DNA of 64,000 nucleotides from Protoeuglena noctilucae (lineage: Eukaryota). Within the stretch, counting starts at the first letter, position 1; each line of letters starts with the position of its first letter. The stretch lies in the NCBI GenBank assembly GCA_958009085.1, contig OY253677.1, positions 496,001-560,000 of the forward strand. Direction: 5' to 3'. Shown here piece by piece: positions 1 to 11,662 of this stretch. The translations under genes were made by a program, and so were the position numbers. The notes under the pieces were generated by a model. It saw only the letters and a program-made list of their open reading frames with translations. It was not told the DNA's origin and ran no database searches.

Positions 1-58
1 ACATGTGGCTTAATTGGGACATCACCATTACTATCCTCACAACCACCCTTCCCTCACC

Positions 59-2726
59 TGTCCCTGTCGACCTGGCTCGGCTGGAACATCATCTCAATCG
101 GTCCCCTGACTGTCGACACGAACAGGCGCTTCTGGGCCCGACGAGGGCTGGCGGTCGCCAGACGCTCGGGGAAGCCGGGGAAGCCACCGGGTGCCATGAC
201 CATTGCACGGAAGCGGGGGTACTGCAATTGGGGGGGCAGGTGCGGGAGTGGTGAGTGGGGTGCGGGAGTGGTGAGTGGGGTGCGGGAGTGGTGAGTAGGG
301 TGCGGGAGTGGTGGGTGGGGTGGCGGAAGTGCGGGTGGGCAAGCGGGCATGCATAGGGAAGGACTAACCATCTTCCTATCGATGTATCTGTCTCGACATC
401 GCAACGCCGCTAGCATGCAACACGTCGCCTCACTTGTTCCGGCGTCACAGTCAAGTGCACCACGCGGGGCTTGCCAGACGAACTGCCACCCCCGTCCGAG
501 TTGGGCTGCGAGGGAAGCGAGGGTTGTGATTACTGTCAGACTTACATGTTACAGTTATATGCAACCACGACAGTCATAGACTGGGATGCGGTCGTCATAC
601 ATGCGACCGTGACCGTCACAACACCCCCCGTCACCCCCGTGCCCCCCTAATCCACACAACCACCCCCCCCTCACCCTCCCCCACCTCCGTGCCCGCCCCG
701 CTCTCCTCCCCCCCTGCCCTCACCCCCACTACCACCCCACCCTTTCCCTCACCTCCATGCCCCCCTCATCCTCCCCACCCTCCCCCTCACCTCCGTGCCC
801 GCCCCGTTCTCCTCCCCCCCCTCCTCGGCCCCCTTGCTCGACACCTTCCCCACCGGCCCCACCGCCCCCCGCCTCTGCGGCCGCCCCACCATCGCCGCCA
901 CTTCGTGTTGCGTCCCGGCTGGGAGGATGAACTCCGTGAAGTCCTGACGGGACATGGGCACGTCCAGAACCACCTCACCGGCCTGGCCCTGGGCGCGGCA
1001 TGGATGAGAGGGGGAGTGAGCTGGGATGGCCGGCTGGCCCTGGGTACAGGGTTGATAAGGCAGGGCAGCTGAGCTCGAATAACTATGGCGGCAGTGACGG
1101 AAAGGTGGTCCTCACCTTGGAGTGGACGGCCTTGAGAAAGGCGTCAGCCACGGCGCCAGTGCACTGCATGAAACGGGAGCGGCAGGACGGCGACACGACC
1201 GCCTTGCCGTTGATCGTCACGGCCGGCAGCTTCTGCACCAGCTTGGCCAGGGGGAGCAGCTCCACGCGGCCCGCGGTCGCGTAGCACGGGCCGTCGCCAT
1301 CCTGTGATGGGAAACGGACAACAGTTGCGGTCGCGCAAGCCGCGTCTCCCGGCAGCGCAGTGACACGCTCCGCTCTGCATGCGCAGGACTGCAAAGCGAG
1401 CACTAGTTCGCGTAAATGACATGAAAACGGTGCGGTATGCATCATGCTAAGGGCCTGAGCTGCAGCTGCCAGGAGCGAGGGACGCACCGCAGGGATCAGC
1501 ACTGCGCTGCGGAGAACGGCCTTGCCAGGCAGTCCGGGGACGACTGCGGGCAAAAGCAATGAAGACTAAGTTAGTTGAATGATAAGTAACTTGTCGGACT
1601 GCCTTGCGAACAGGCCAGGTGAGCGCACCATCGCCACGCGTCGGCACGCACCCAGGATCTGGAGGACCTTGTACGTCCCGTCCGTGGCGACCACGACGTC
1701 GCCCGGCATCACGTTGACATCCATTCCCTCCATCGTTGCGCTCGGGCACGTCCAGGAAGGCGCCACGCCCGTGACCAAGCCCTGGAGCGCCTGCGACGGC
1801 AGCCAAGGCGCAGGCTCTGTGATCCGAACGTCCGTGTACCTCCGCGGGCACTCGCGAACAAAGAGCTTTACGATATAGGAGCACGCGCGAGGCTCCGCTT
1901 CCATTCGCCGCTCGCCTTGAACTCGGTAATAACGTCGTGGCCCTCCGGAGGCCGCACGTGGTACCCCGCGCGGTCCTCCGAGAGCGAGAGCTGAACGAGG
2001 ACATTGCCCTGCGAACAGTGAGAGAGAGACTGAGCGACGAAGGGGACGGCGAGAGCTGCAGAAAGCAGTGGGTCGAGATGGCGGGCGCGTATGCCGCGGC
2101 CTTCGATGCGTCCGGCGCGCCAGGCCATCGCGACACGGATCTTCAAGTCAAGTGCACTGCGCCGGCCACACGTAGACGTCACCTTGACCTCGGAGGGGTA
2201 CACGGACAGCTGCCCATCCAGCTCCATCGAGCAGGGCCGCACCAGGCGCCGGAGGCCCTTCGCGGCGCCGAGGTGGCTGCAGAGGCGCACATCGGGTGTC
2301 AAGTTCTGTTATGCGTCCAAGACATCCCCGCGGGCCCAAAGCCGCAGAAGGTCAAAGCTGCCATCCGCTTCGGGAGCCCCGCTCTCACCCGGTGAGCGCC
2401 ATGGAGGTCCGGAAGCGCGTGTACACCATGTCGAGGAGGTCACGTCCCAGCGCCACTTGCTTCTCGCTCGAGACCCGCAGGCCCTTGCACAGCTCGGCGC
2501 ACGTCGCGGCCAGGCTCTCAGCGAGAGCCGCGACTCGCGCGTCAACCAGGCTCTCGGGCACGCGGTCCTGCAGAGTTCCCATGACATGAGGTTTCGTGAC
2601 GGTCAGCTCCTCGCTCGAGGCGCTGCCGACCCACGAGGGTACATCGAGTGCATCCGTGGCGAGATTCACGGCGCGCGGGCCTCCTGCGCCACCGCCAGGT
2701 GCCGGCGCCTCCCCCGTCTTCATCAT
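59..2726 (-). CDS. Multi-exon hypothetical protein, 3' end runs off the window start; possible degenerate BAH-like segment
   Basis: Exons can be joined in frame across GT/GC-AG junctions: MMKTGEAP.. (2726), DRVPESLV.. (2567-2389), HLGAAKGL..ITEFK, LFVRECP..YKVLQIL, VVPGLPGK.., DGDGPCYATAG..VHSK (1302-1117), GQAGEVVL..AGTE (987-791), YPRFRAM..VDRDR (222-59). No confident family match. Confidence 0.55.
239..316. repeat. Intronic tandem repeat, about 20-nt unit (GGGTGCGGGAGTGGTGAGTG) x ~4
   Basis: Directly visible. It forms the C-rich 3' part of the minus-strand intron 223-790. Confidence 0.9.
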
Positions 2727-3276
2727 CGAGTCCAGCGCCAGCGAGCAGATCCGAAATCTCGCCGCGAGCCGTCAGCTCCGACCAGCTGGATGGCTCATCT
2801 AAAGACTGGACCACAACCGCTGTGCCAGCAGATAAAGTGCTTGAGTCGGCGACTGGCGGGTCCCTTACCGCATTTCTGACAGGGGCGCTGCGGTCGGGAT
2901 CCGCTCTGCAGCAGCTAAACACGGATCACCTACGCTTGAGGGTAAACGACCCTGCAGCCAGCATCGCAGCCGTGCGCGTTTCAAAGCACTCTCGTCTACC
3001 CCTCGCATGCCGATCGCTGTGCCAGTCACTACTGGTTCATCTCTGCCGTGCCTTCAGCCCAGTTCCCCTTGCCACGCCGCCCTTGAGACGCCGCCCCATA
3101 CACCATGCCACTCTCAGACACCATGCCACCCGCAGACGCCGCCCCACCCCTCAGACACCTGGCTACCCAGCCTCGGACTTGTTGCCACCCTCAGACTTGT
3201 TGCCACCCTGAGATGCGGTGATGTGGTGCCACCCCTCAAACGCCTTGCCGCTCTCATCTCACTCCCCGTGCCACCC

Positions 3277-6200
3277 TCAGGCACCCGCCACGAGCTGCCT
3301 GGCCTTGAGCTTGGCCTCCAGCGCCGCCACCTCCTCCTCGAGCTTGGCAGCCCGGGCCTCCATCTCCCTGCAAACACGTCCCAGTGCAGCAGGGTCAATG
3401 TCACTACGCTGCTAGTGGTGTCTCAGCACAGTGTAACAACGAGGTGTGAGCAGAGCAGATGGTGTGCTGACCATGTGCCCATCACCTGCGGCCGCGCCTC
3501 TCGATGTCGAGGACGCGCTGGAAGAGGAAGCTCATGCCCAGCATGGGCACCTTGACTGCGACAGAAGACGGGGGGGGTATCAGCTCTCACAGAGTCAAGG
3601 CAGGCAGGCAGCACAGTGTGGGCGCGGTTGCCACGTCTCAAGACCCCCTCAGGCTGCCACATCAAAGTGAGTCTGCTACATCATAGGTCGTCCATGCATG
3701 TACCAAACCCCTTCCCTCACCGTTGATGTCGTCGGGGAAGAGCCTCGGGGGCTGCCTCGCGCCCTTGCGCACCTCCTCCAGGGGGAAGCCCTTCTCGCGC
3801 ATGCTGCCCGCAAAGCTGCAGCACTCGAGCTTGGAGCCCTGCGGGGAAGGAGGGGGGGGCTGGGGGTGAGATGCTGCGCGAGGGAAAGGCCACAGTCTGC
3901 CTCACACCCCGTCACACCCACTCGCATGCAGTCATTCGCAGTCACACAACTCACACCCAGTCCCACCCCACTCACCTCCTCAATGTCGTCTAGGTCCAGC
4001 TCCCCGTGGAGCGTGTGGGCCTTGACCTCCTGTTGGAATGCCTGCGTGGGTGATGCCGGCATTGGCAGCGTGTGTGCTATCCGTGGCTTTGCACAATGCG
4101 CATGTGCAGTGACATGCAGAAGACATACATAAAACTGTATCCGACATTCAATGATTTAAGATTTAACACATAAGACTCAGTCCAAGGCGCGGCACCTTGA
4201 GGTAGGCGTCGTACTCGGCGGTGATGGCCTGGGGCAGCGCGGGGTGCTTGTCGGGGTTGTGCATGACGTACTCGTGGAAGCCCTCGCCGTCCAGGCGCAC
4301 CACGTGCCGGCGGCCCTGGGGCCCCTCCACGTGGGCCACGATGGCCGAGGGCACCACCTGGGAAGAACCACGGGGCGGCACTGCCATAGCAGGACGCTAA
4401 TACCAAGATCGAGTGAGACCGTCGGAGAATGAGATGACATGTGTTTGTAGCTTGGAGGTGCCGGGCTGCCGGCTTCCCTGCTAGGCAATTGGACCTCGGC
4501 TACTCCCAGGGCCGCCATGTGTTTGCAGCCGTGCCACCCAAAAAGCTCCAGGCCTCCTGCCCCTAGCGCGCACCTGGCCCCAGTCCTCGGGCTCATGGTC
4601 GTCGTCCTCCTCGTCGTCATCGATGATGGTCCTGCGCTGCCCCTGCGTCAGTGCCGGTGGGGCATCGGGCGTGTCGCTCTCCTCGGGCGTGCCACCGTCG
4701 CTCTCCTGCAGGGAGGGTGTCAACGCACGGTGACGCGTCATACGAACCACATTGCGACTAAATTGGAGACCACAGCGTAAGCAACCCATCTCTGTAAGTG
4801 CTTCAGCCACAGACAGGTATGCGACAGAGCTGCGCAGTCAGGGTGGCATGCCCTCACCACCTCCGCGTCCGAAGCCCCCGTGTCCTCCACCGGTGCCGCC
4901 ACCTTGCGCTTCTGCGACACAGCGGACGGCGCCCAAGCACTGGCATGACCACACATGTGGCAGTGCCGACGCGTCATGGACCCCACACCGCCATGGACAC
5001 CACCATGCGCAGAGAGTCCGTGACCCGTACTCAGACATCGCATTGTGGAACTCACAAAAAGGCTGGCATTTCCACCTCCGACCCACCTTGGCCTTGTCTG
5101 CCGGGAGGAGGCCCTCGTCCTGCATCCGCTTGAGCTCGGCCGCGGCCTCTTTCTTGGACTCTGCAGGGAGTGCACCCACACTTAGCCAATGCAGGACAGG
5201 GAATGTCAAGATATCAAAACCGGACTTCGAATCTCAAAGCTCAGGGAGGGTCAACTGGTCAGCAAGAGCCCCTCGCCCTCACCGGCCGCCTGCGCCTCGT
5301 AGCCCGCCTTGTCCTCCGCGCCCAGAGCCTTCCACATCTCCCCGAGCTTGCGAGCCACCTCGGGGAGCGAGGCGTTCCCCATGTCCGCGCGCACCTCGGC
5401 CCGCTTGGCGTCGCAGAAGAACTGCAAGAGGCCAAAAGAGCTAAGCTTCTCCTTAGCTTGCGCCAACCGGCCCGGGCGTCGAGCTGCTGGGAGTCCTCGG
5501 CGCAGCGCTAGTCCCAGACGGCCTGCCGCTAAGCGCTGCCTGGCGCACTCGCCATGTAGGCCGTCTTGGCGCGGGGCTTCTTGGGCCCGGCGTCCTTCTT
5601 GGGCGCAGCGTCCTTCTTCTTTCCCTCTGCCGCTTTCTTGCTGGCTGCGCCCAGAGAGCACCGGTACATTGGAAATCGTTAACACTCAGAGGTGCATGCA
5701 GTGACCGTGCAGCCGCCCAAGCTCACCCTTCTTGGCTGCATGGGCCGCGACCGCCTTGGGCGCGCTGGAGACCTTCAGCTGGACCTTGGCCATCTTCTTC
5801 CCCAGCGCAGGCTGCGGCAGAGCAGACAGAGAACGAAAGCAATCATGCGGCGTGGATCAATCGACGCCTTCGCAACACCGTGACGCGCAGCGGGCTGCAG
5901 CTGACAACCTTCTTCGCTGCGGTCGCTTCGGCCGTCGCGGCCGCCGCGCCCCCGTCCGCCGACTCCGCCGTCTTGTTTTCGGTCGAAACCGCGTCGCCGG
6001 TGCCTTCCGCGGCGCACTCGACGTGGCCATGCGCCAACGCCGGCTCGCAGTCGGGGGCACCAGCATCCGACTCCTCGGCCTCGTCCGCCGCCGCCTGCGT
6101 CTCGGCGACCTTCTCCTCCGCCGTCTCTTGGAGAAGCTCCATCAGGTCGTCGTCTTTGTCGACCGCGGCGCCCTTCGGCTGCGAACGAGGCCAGCAGCAT

Positions 6201-6370
6201 TTCACCCACTCCCACTCGAAATCGCACGGTCCGCGCGCCTCCTCCGGCTGCGCGACGCACGTCAAGCGCCTACGCCTCGCGCATGAGCGCACCTGCGGGT
6301 CCGCCTCAGCCGCGCTCGCCGGCCCGCCCACGGCGGGGCCCTTCGTCGTCAGCACCAGCTTCTTCACCAT
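3277..6370 (-). CDS. HMG-box protein with acidic/basic N-terminus, a possible chromo-like domain and a C-terminal coiled coil
   Basis: Spliced PKKPRAKTAYM|FFCDAKRAEVRADMGNASLPEVARKLGEMWKALGAEDKAGYEAQAA is a canonical HMG box. ATG at 6370; last exon EMEARAAKLEEEVAALEAKLK..GA* stops at 3277. Confidence 0.85.
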
Positions 6371-6491
6371 TTCTACTGCTGCCCAGACTTGGCCGCTGAG
6401 ACGAGGTAGAGGATTGGCGTCGTGAAAGCTCCCGTGGGAGGCCGAAGAGGGCGGGAAGGACCGGCGTCAGGATCCAACTGGCGCTCACGCT

Positions 6492-8020
6492 TCAGGCTAG
6501 CTCGCCTGCTGGCGCGAGGAACCCATCGTAGAAACGAACGAAATTGGCCCGCAATCTCTCCACGGCCTCGGGCAGGCCCCATCCCTTGGCGCGGGCAATG
6601 ACCTGCGCGCATTGCCCCACACGCAATAGGTTCCCTCCTCGCAAGTCACGCCCCAGCACGCGGTTACCTTGCCTCATCAACAGCCCCGCACCCTGTACAC
6701 GTCTTCCAAAGACGCCTCGAGGCGCTCGGCGCTGGTCTGGTCGCTCTCGGCGAGGACGCGGTCGTCAGGCACAGCGCGAATCTTGTCCTCCAGCGTTGCC
6801 GCCGACATCTTGACGGCCGTGTTGAACGAGAAGTAGACCCGGTCACCGACCGTCGGAATCGACACGAAGCGCCGCACCATCTCCACGCTGCCGCCGAACG
6901 AGTGAAGCATGATCCGCGGCGGCACCCTGTCCGCCTGCGCACAGGTCCAGCGCAGCATGTTGGACAGATCGCCGTCGCAACGCTAGGCTCAGTCGCAGTT
7001 ACATATGCTTGCCGCGTCCGCGACCCACGCACCGGGATGCCCCGCAAACACTCCTCCATGTACCCCTGAGCCCTGCGCAGTAGCAGGGAGCAATGCCTCC
7101 TTCTTCGCCCACGCCCGCCCATCGCTCTGTGGCACAGCATCGCGGGCAGCGCACCCGCCGCCGAAGAGCACCATTAAAGGCGACAGACGCTCGCAGCCCC
7201 ACCTTACGCAATGAATCGACACGGGGCGACCAAACTCCCCGGCCAGTGCCAAGTGAGCCTCCATGATCTCCTGCTGGTGCACGAACTTGGTCTGCACCCG
7301 GGTGCCCGGCAGAACGGCGGCGCGGTCGACGCCCACCTCCCCCACGACTGCCCGTGGGTCGGCCCTGAGTCGGTCCCGCAGCTCCGCCTCCCACCTCTCG
7401 CGGGGCAGGGGGTCCGGGAGGCGCGCGATGACGTCCGCGGCGGCAGACAGGTGCTTCTCGGACCCCTCGAACATGCTGGCCTTGTCTGCGGAGGTGTGGG
7501 GCAGGAGTTTGGCAACGATGTGCAATCCTCGGTGCTGCGAGCGAAGATGGGCACAGTCGACCTGGTCAGGCGTAGATATAATCATGTTTGCATGCTGCTG
7601 ATGGAGTTGAGTTGATGGAGCAGTGGCACCCTCGGTGAGCAAGCGAGAGTAGGCAGCGTGGCAGCCGGGCGTACCGGGGCACTGGTGAGACCCGTGGAGG
7701 TGCGACCACCAGGGATGGATGCCGAAGCAAGGGACAATCTTCGGACCGAGGGCAGAGGCCGCTGCAGCCACGTCCGCCCAGTCGTCGTGAGAGACGGACA
7801 TCAGCGCGAGGTGCCGGGGCTGGAGCGCGTCCAGGCCGCTGCCATGTGCGTCCAGGTGCGGATGGCAGTGCGCGTCCACCAAGTGGTCCCTCCTCAGCGG
7901 CCCGTCGGATGTCATCGCGCTGGCGTGGGCTCGACGACGCGCGCGCGAGGATGCGGGGACCCAGGCTGATGGGAAGCGCGCGAGACGGGGCCCGACGCCG
8001 GCAGTCCTCGAAAGATACAT
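6492..8020 (-). CDS. tatD: TatD-family metal-dependent nuclease with putative organelle-targeting N-terminus
   Basis: Motifs LVDAHCHPH, FGIHPWW, VGEVGVDR, PVSIHCVR, IMLHSFGGS, VLAESD. Confidence 0.9.
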
Positions 8021-8429
8021 AAGCTATGCAGTCGCACAAGTCTTCCAAGGGGCCATTTGAGCGAAGAGAAAGGCTGGGGGGGCCCGTTTGCAGACTGAGC
8101 GCGGTGGATGCCCGCAGCTGCGTGTGGAACGCGTAGCCTCGAGTGTGCGCCGCGCACCACGACACCTGATGCGCATGCGCGAGCAGACGGGTGAAAGACT
8201 CCGCGACAAGTGGGTATGAGCCCCGCAGCGCCAGAACACGTGCATATAGAACGACCGGGATGACGTGCGCGGGGACAGAGCTCTGAACCAGAGTGTCGGT
8301 GTTCGAGTCAATCCGATCGTGCGCTCCGGGAGGACGATATCCTTTCAGCCCGCCGCTTGAGCCTGGAACTCGGCGGCTCAGTCGGTGGCAGCGTCGTGTG
8401 CGCCTGGGCTGGTGTTTCGCGAATGTAGC

Positions 8430-9593
8430 ATGACTTCGACTTGGATTGTGCCAGCAGGGGTGGTGACGGGGTGCTGTTTTCCTCGCTGCCCTCTCCGTGC
8501 CAGAGGTTGGCCCGTGCGCCTACTTCGTCCATACCTGGCTGGCCCATCCGCGGGCCTCGGGCCTCGTCCGCCGGCAGAGGCACGCCTCAAAGCCGTCGCA
8601 TCGTCATGCCAAGAGCTCGCGGCGAGAAAACCTGCCCCTGCCGAGGACCTGCCGCAAGCAGACTGGCTGCAGCGGACGCGGCTGCTGGTGAAGGCGGAGG
8701 GCGCGGAGCGTTTGAGGAACGCCCGGGTGCTGCTGGTCGGCCTCGGTGGCGTGGGGAGCTTCGCGGCGGAGTTTTTGGCTCGAGCGGGCGTCGGGCACAT
8801 GACAATCGGTGAGCAGTCCTGGCGGCCACCAGCCTCGAGCAGTGCCATGCAGCCCTTTGTGAGGCCTGTGTTGGCTCATCCGAACGCAGTGGATGGGGAC
8901 GTGGTGGACGTTACGAACAAGAACAGGCAGCTCCCGGCCCTGGACTCGACCATTGGGAGGCGCAAGGCTGACGTCATTGCCAAGAGGCTGCGTGACATCA
9001 ACCCAGAGATGGGTGAGGGTGCAACCTGCACATGAGCCGGGAAGGGCGCCAGACAGTGGCAAGATCAAGCGTCACTGCGCGCCTTCTCGTCGCTGAACCG
9101 CGCAGGTCTCCGGGTGTGCGATGTGTTTTTGGAACCGGGGCCTTCGGACGCCCCCAACAGCATTCACGGCTTGTTCCAGGACGCCCACTACGATTACGTG
9201 GTGGACTGCATCGACACGCTGGCCCCCAAGGTGGAGCTCCTGATGCGGGCGCGTGAGGCCGGGTGCACGGTCGTGTCGAGCATGGGCGCGGGTGGCAAGT
9301 TGGACCCCGGCGCGGTGCGAGTCGCCGACCTCATGGACACGCTGGGGGACAGCCTGGCGAAGGCGGTGCGGAAGCGAGTCCGACAGGCCATGCGACAAGA
9401 AGGGCATGAGGGGCACGCACCCCTCGCCAGGAGCGGGGTGGTGGCCGTGTTCTCCGACGAGCCTGCCAGGCCCGCGAGCGTGTGCGAGGCGCAGAGCAGG
9501 TACAAGCGGAGCTACTACGGCACGATCTCGTACATGCCCGCCGTCTTCGGGCTCGCGGCGGCAGCCTACGTCATTCGACACTGCCTGGGGTGA
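8430..9593 (+). CDS. tcdA: tRNA threonylcarbamoyladenosine dehydratase (TcdA/CsdL, ThiF family)
   Basis: VGLGGVGSFAAEFLARAGVG, VDGDVVDVTNKNRQL, YVVDCID, SSMGAGGKLDP, YYGTISYMPAVFGL. Two introns; TGTAA lies about 105 nt after the stop. Confidence 0.92.
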
Positions 9594-9993
9594 GCACCCT
9601 CTTTGGTCAGCGGCCAGTGGCGGGGCACCTGGGTTGGAAGCACAAGCCCTGCATGCAATCTGCTTTTTTAGAATGGTGCGGAATGCAACCGAGGAGGCTT
9701 GTAAGCACGGCAAGTTCGTTCTGTGCGCGCAGGGAGCCGCAGAAGCTGTACACCCCAGAACGGGCCACCCCAACACGCGCTGGGGGTAAGAGAGCCGTGT
9801 CCAACGGTGCTAGAGAAGGCAAGGGTGCTAAAGACGACGATGTCTTAAGCGTGAGAGATGGGACGAATGGAGTAGGTACTAGCTGGCTCGCGAGGAGCCT
9901 GGCAAATGTGGAGGGAAGGGGCGTGGGCTACGATGGCAGCGGGATATGATCACATGTGATGATGTTGAACCTGGTACGCAGACACCGACTCGC

Positions 9994-10753
9994 TCATGCG
10001 GAGTCGGCGGTGCCCTGATGCTGGGCCAATGAGTCCGCGGCTTGGCCGAGGAGGGCGTTACCGACAGCGAGCACGCGCGTGGCCTTTTGCGCCGCTTCCA
10101 GGGAGGCCTGTGCCTCCCCCGCCGCGTGCCTGTGGAGAACAGCGGACTTGCATCAAGCCGAAATGCTCGAGGAGGGAAGCGGGGCGGAAGCAGCGCCGCG
10201 GGCCGTGCCTGAGCTCCTCCCGCAGCGCTGCCACTTTTTCCACGAGGGTCTCCAGGGACTCGTGCCGCGCCTCCAACGTGTCATCGTCCACAGGAATGGC
10301 GGCGACCAGCGACCTGCGCGGCAAGCATCGCAAATCGCGCCAATGCCTCACAGGAAGGCGTCTGTGCGGTAATGCTGCGGCCGCGGGGCGTGGATGGGGC
10401 GGATGCCGCTAACCTGAGCTTCTTGAGCTGCTCCATGATCTGCGACGCGACTTCCCGGGGATCTGCGGCCCAAGAGCAGCGAGTTGTGGCTCTATCCGTG
10501 ACACATAGAGTCGGGTGCCTCCCCAGCGCCCCGCTGCACCCATCAACCCGCCAGCAAGCTCGCCTGGTAGCTCTACAGGCTCGCTGTCCTTGCCGACTGC
10601 AGTGCGGGCAACCACCTGCTCCCCGCGCAGCGAAGCCGGCGCGCTGAAGCCCTGGAAGAGGTTGTAGCCATGGAGGAACGACTTCAGGACCTCATCCACG
10701 CTCAGCTGGATCTCAGACAGCACATCGCGCCTATTGCCCGCGCATTCCGCCAT
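9994..10753 (-). CDS. MED21: Mediator complex subunit 21-like
   Basis: Spliced DVLSEIQLSVDEV..FQGFSAPASL, ASQIMEQLKKLRSLVAAIP and LLGQAADSL resemble plant MED21 (DIISQLQEQVN.., FDALVAALP, LFGQAADNCL) as recalled. The model needs two GC donors (10593, 10208). Confidence 0.7.
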
Positions 10754-11068
10754 CGAGGGGTCCCCCCTCGCGCTCCGTTCGCGTGCTCTTCAACCCTCGC
10801 GCAAAGTGCACAAAAGAGAATCGCTCAGGGATCTTACCGAACGAGCAAGAGATAAACGGGGTGCTTGTTGTTCCACCCAGGGTCGAAGTGGACGGGAAAC
10901 GTTGCACCGGCGCGCCAGCCTGACCCACCCGAACTGCTCGCCCTCAGACGTGGGAGCAGCAGACTCCCGACGTCCTCAGGCGCCGGTCCCAGAGCTTTCG
11001 AGGGCGCATTCGTTACAGCAGCTCGGTGGAGAAGTGGCGGCAGGGCACGTGGAGCTGCAGGGGCGTGC

Positions 11069-11651
11069 CTACATGATGACGCAGGCGCACCCCTGCGACC
11101 GTTCTCCACTGGCCAGCTCCCCCTTCTTCGGCTCTTCCTTGGGTTTGGCCGCGCTCGCCTGCACGCATGACAGCAACCGGTCGGTACATGAAAGGGTAGG
11201 TCGGGCCGCACACGATGGGTCGGGCGACAGCACAAAAGCCACCGTGCAAACCCTGCCCACCTTGGCCTCTTGCGGGCGAAGCTGGACGTGCAGAGTTAGG
11301 ACCATGCCATCCTCCATCTCCTGGGCCCCCCCTGGCCACATCAAGGCCAGCGTCGCCTCTGGCTTCATCTCCCCCCCGTTCATGATGAGCCGGACCTGTC
11401 CCTCGTTCGTGGACCGTTGCTGCGAGAGCGCCAGGTGCGCGAGGTCGCGCGCTGCCTCAGCTGCCTCAGGCAGGGCGGGTGCCAGCGCCGGCTCAGCCCT
11501 TGCGGCCCCTCACCGCGGCCAGGGGGCCGTCACGCGGCCACTCGGCCACCAGCCGGCTCCGACATTGCGCCCCGGTCCATGAGGGATCCGCATCAAAGGG
11601 CCCGACGTCCCCCTGGGGATGACGGAACCGCACGCTGATCTTGGGGGGCAT
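11069..11651 (-). CDS. MUB: Membrane-anchored ubiquitin-fold protein (MUB/UBL3)
   Basis: MPPKISVRFRHPQGDVGPF..LVAEWP, VRLIMNGGEM, TLHVQLRP and C-terminal CaaX GCACVIM*. TGTAA lies downstream on the minus strand (11013-11017). Confidence 0.88.
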
Positions 11652-11662
11652 CCCTCCCGTCG

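Noticed and set aside
10753..11069. Extending the microprotein-MUB transcript to MED21 (tricistronic)
   Set aside because: The spacer is 315 nt and contains a TGTAA after MUB, so a separate transcript is more likely.
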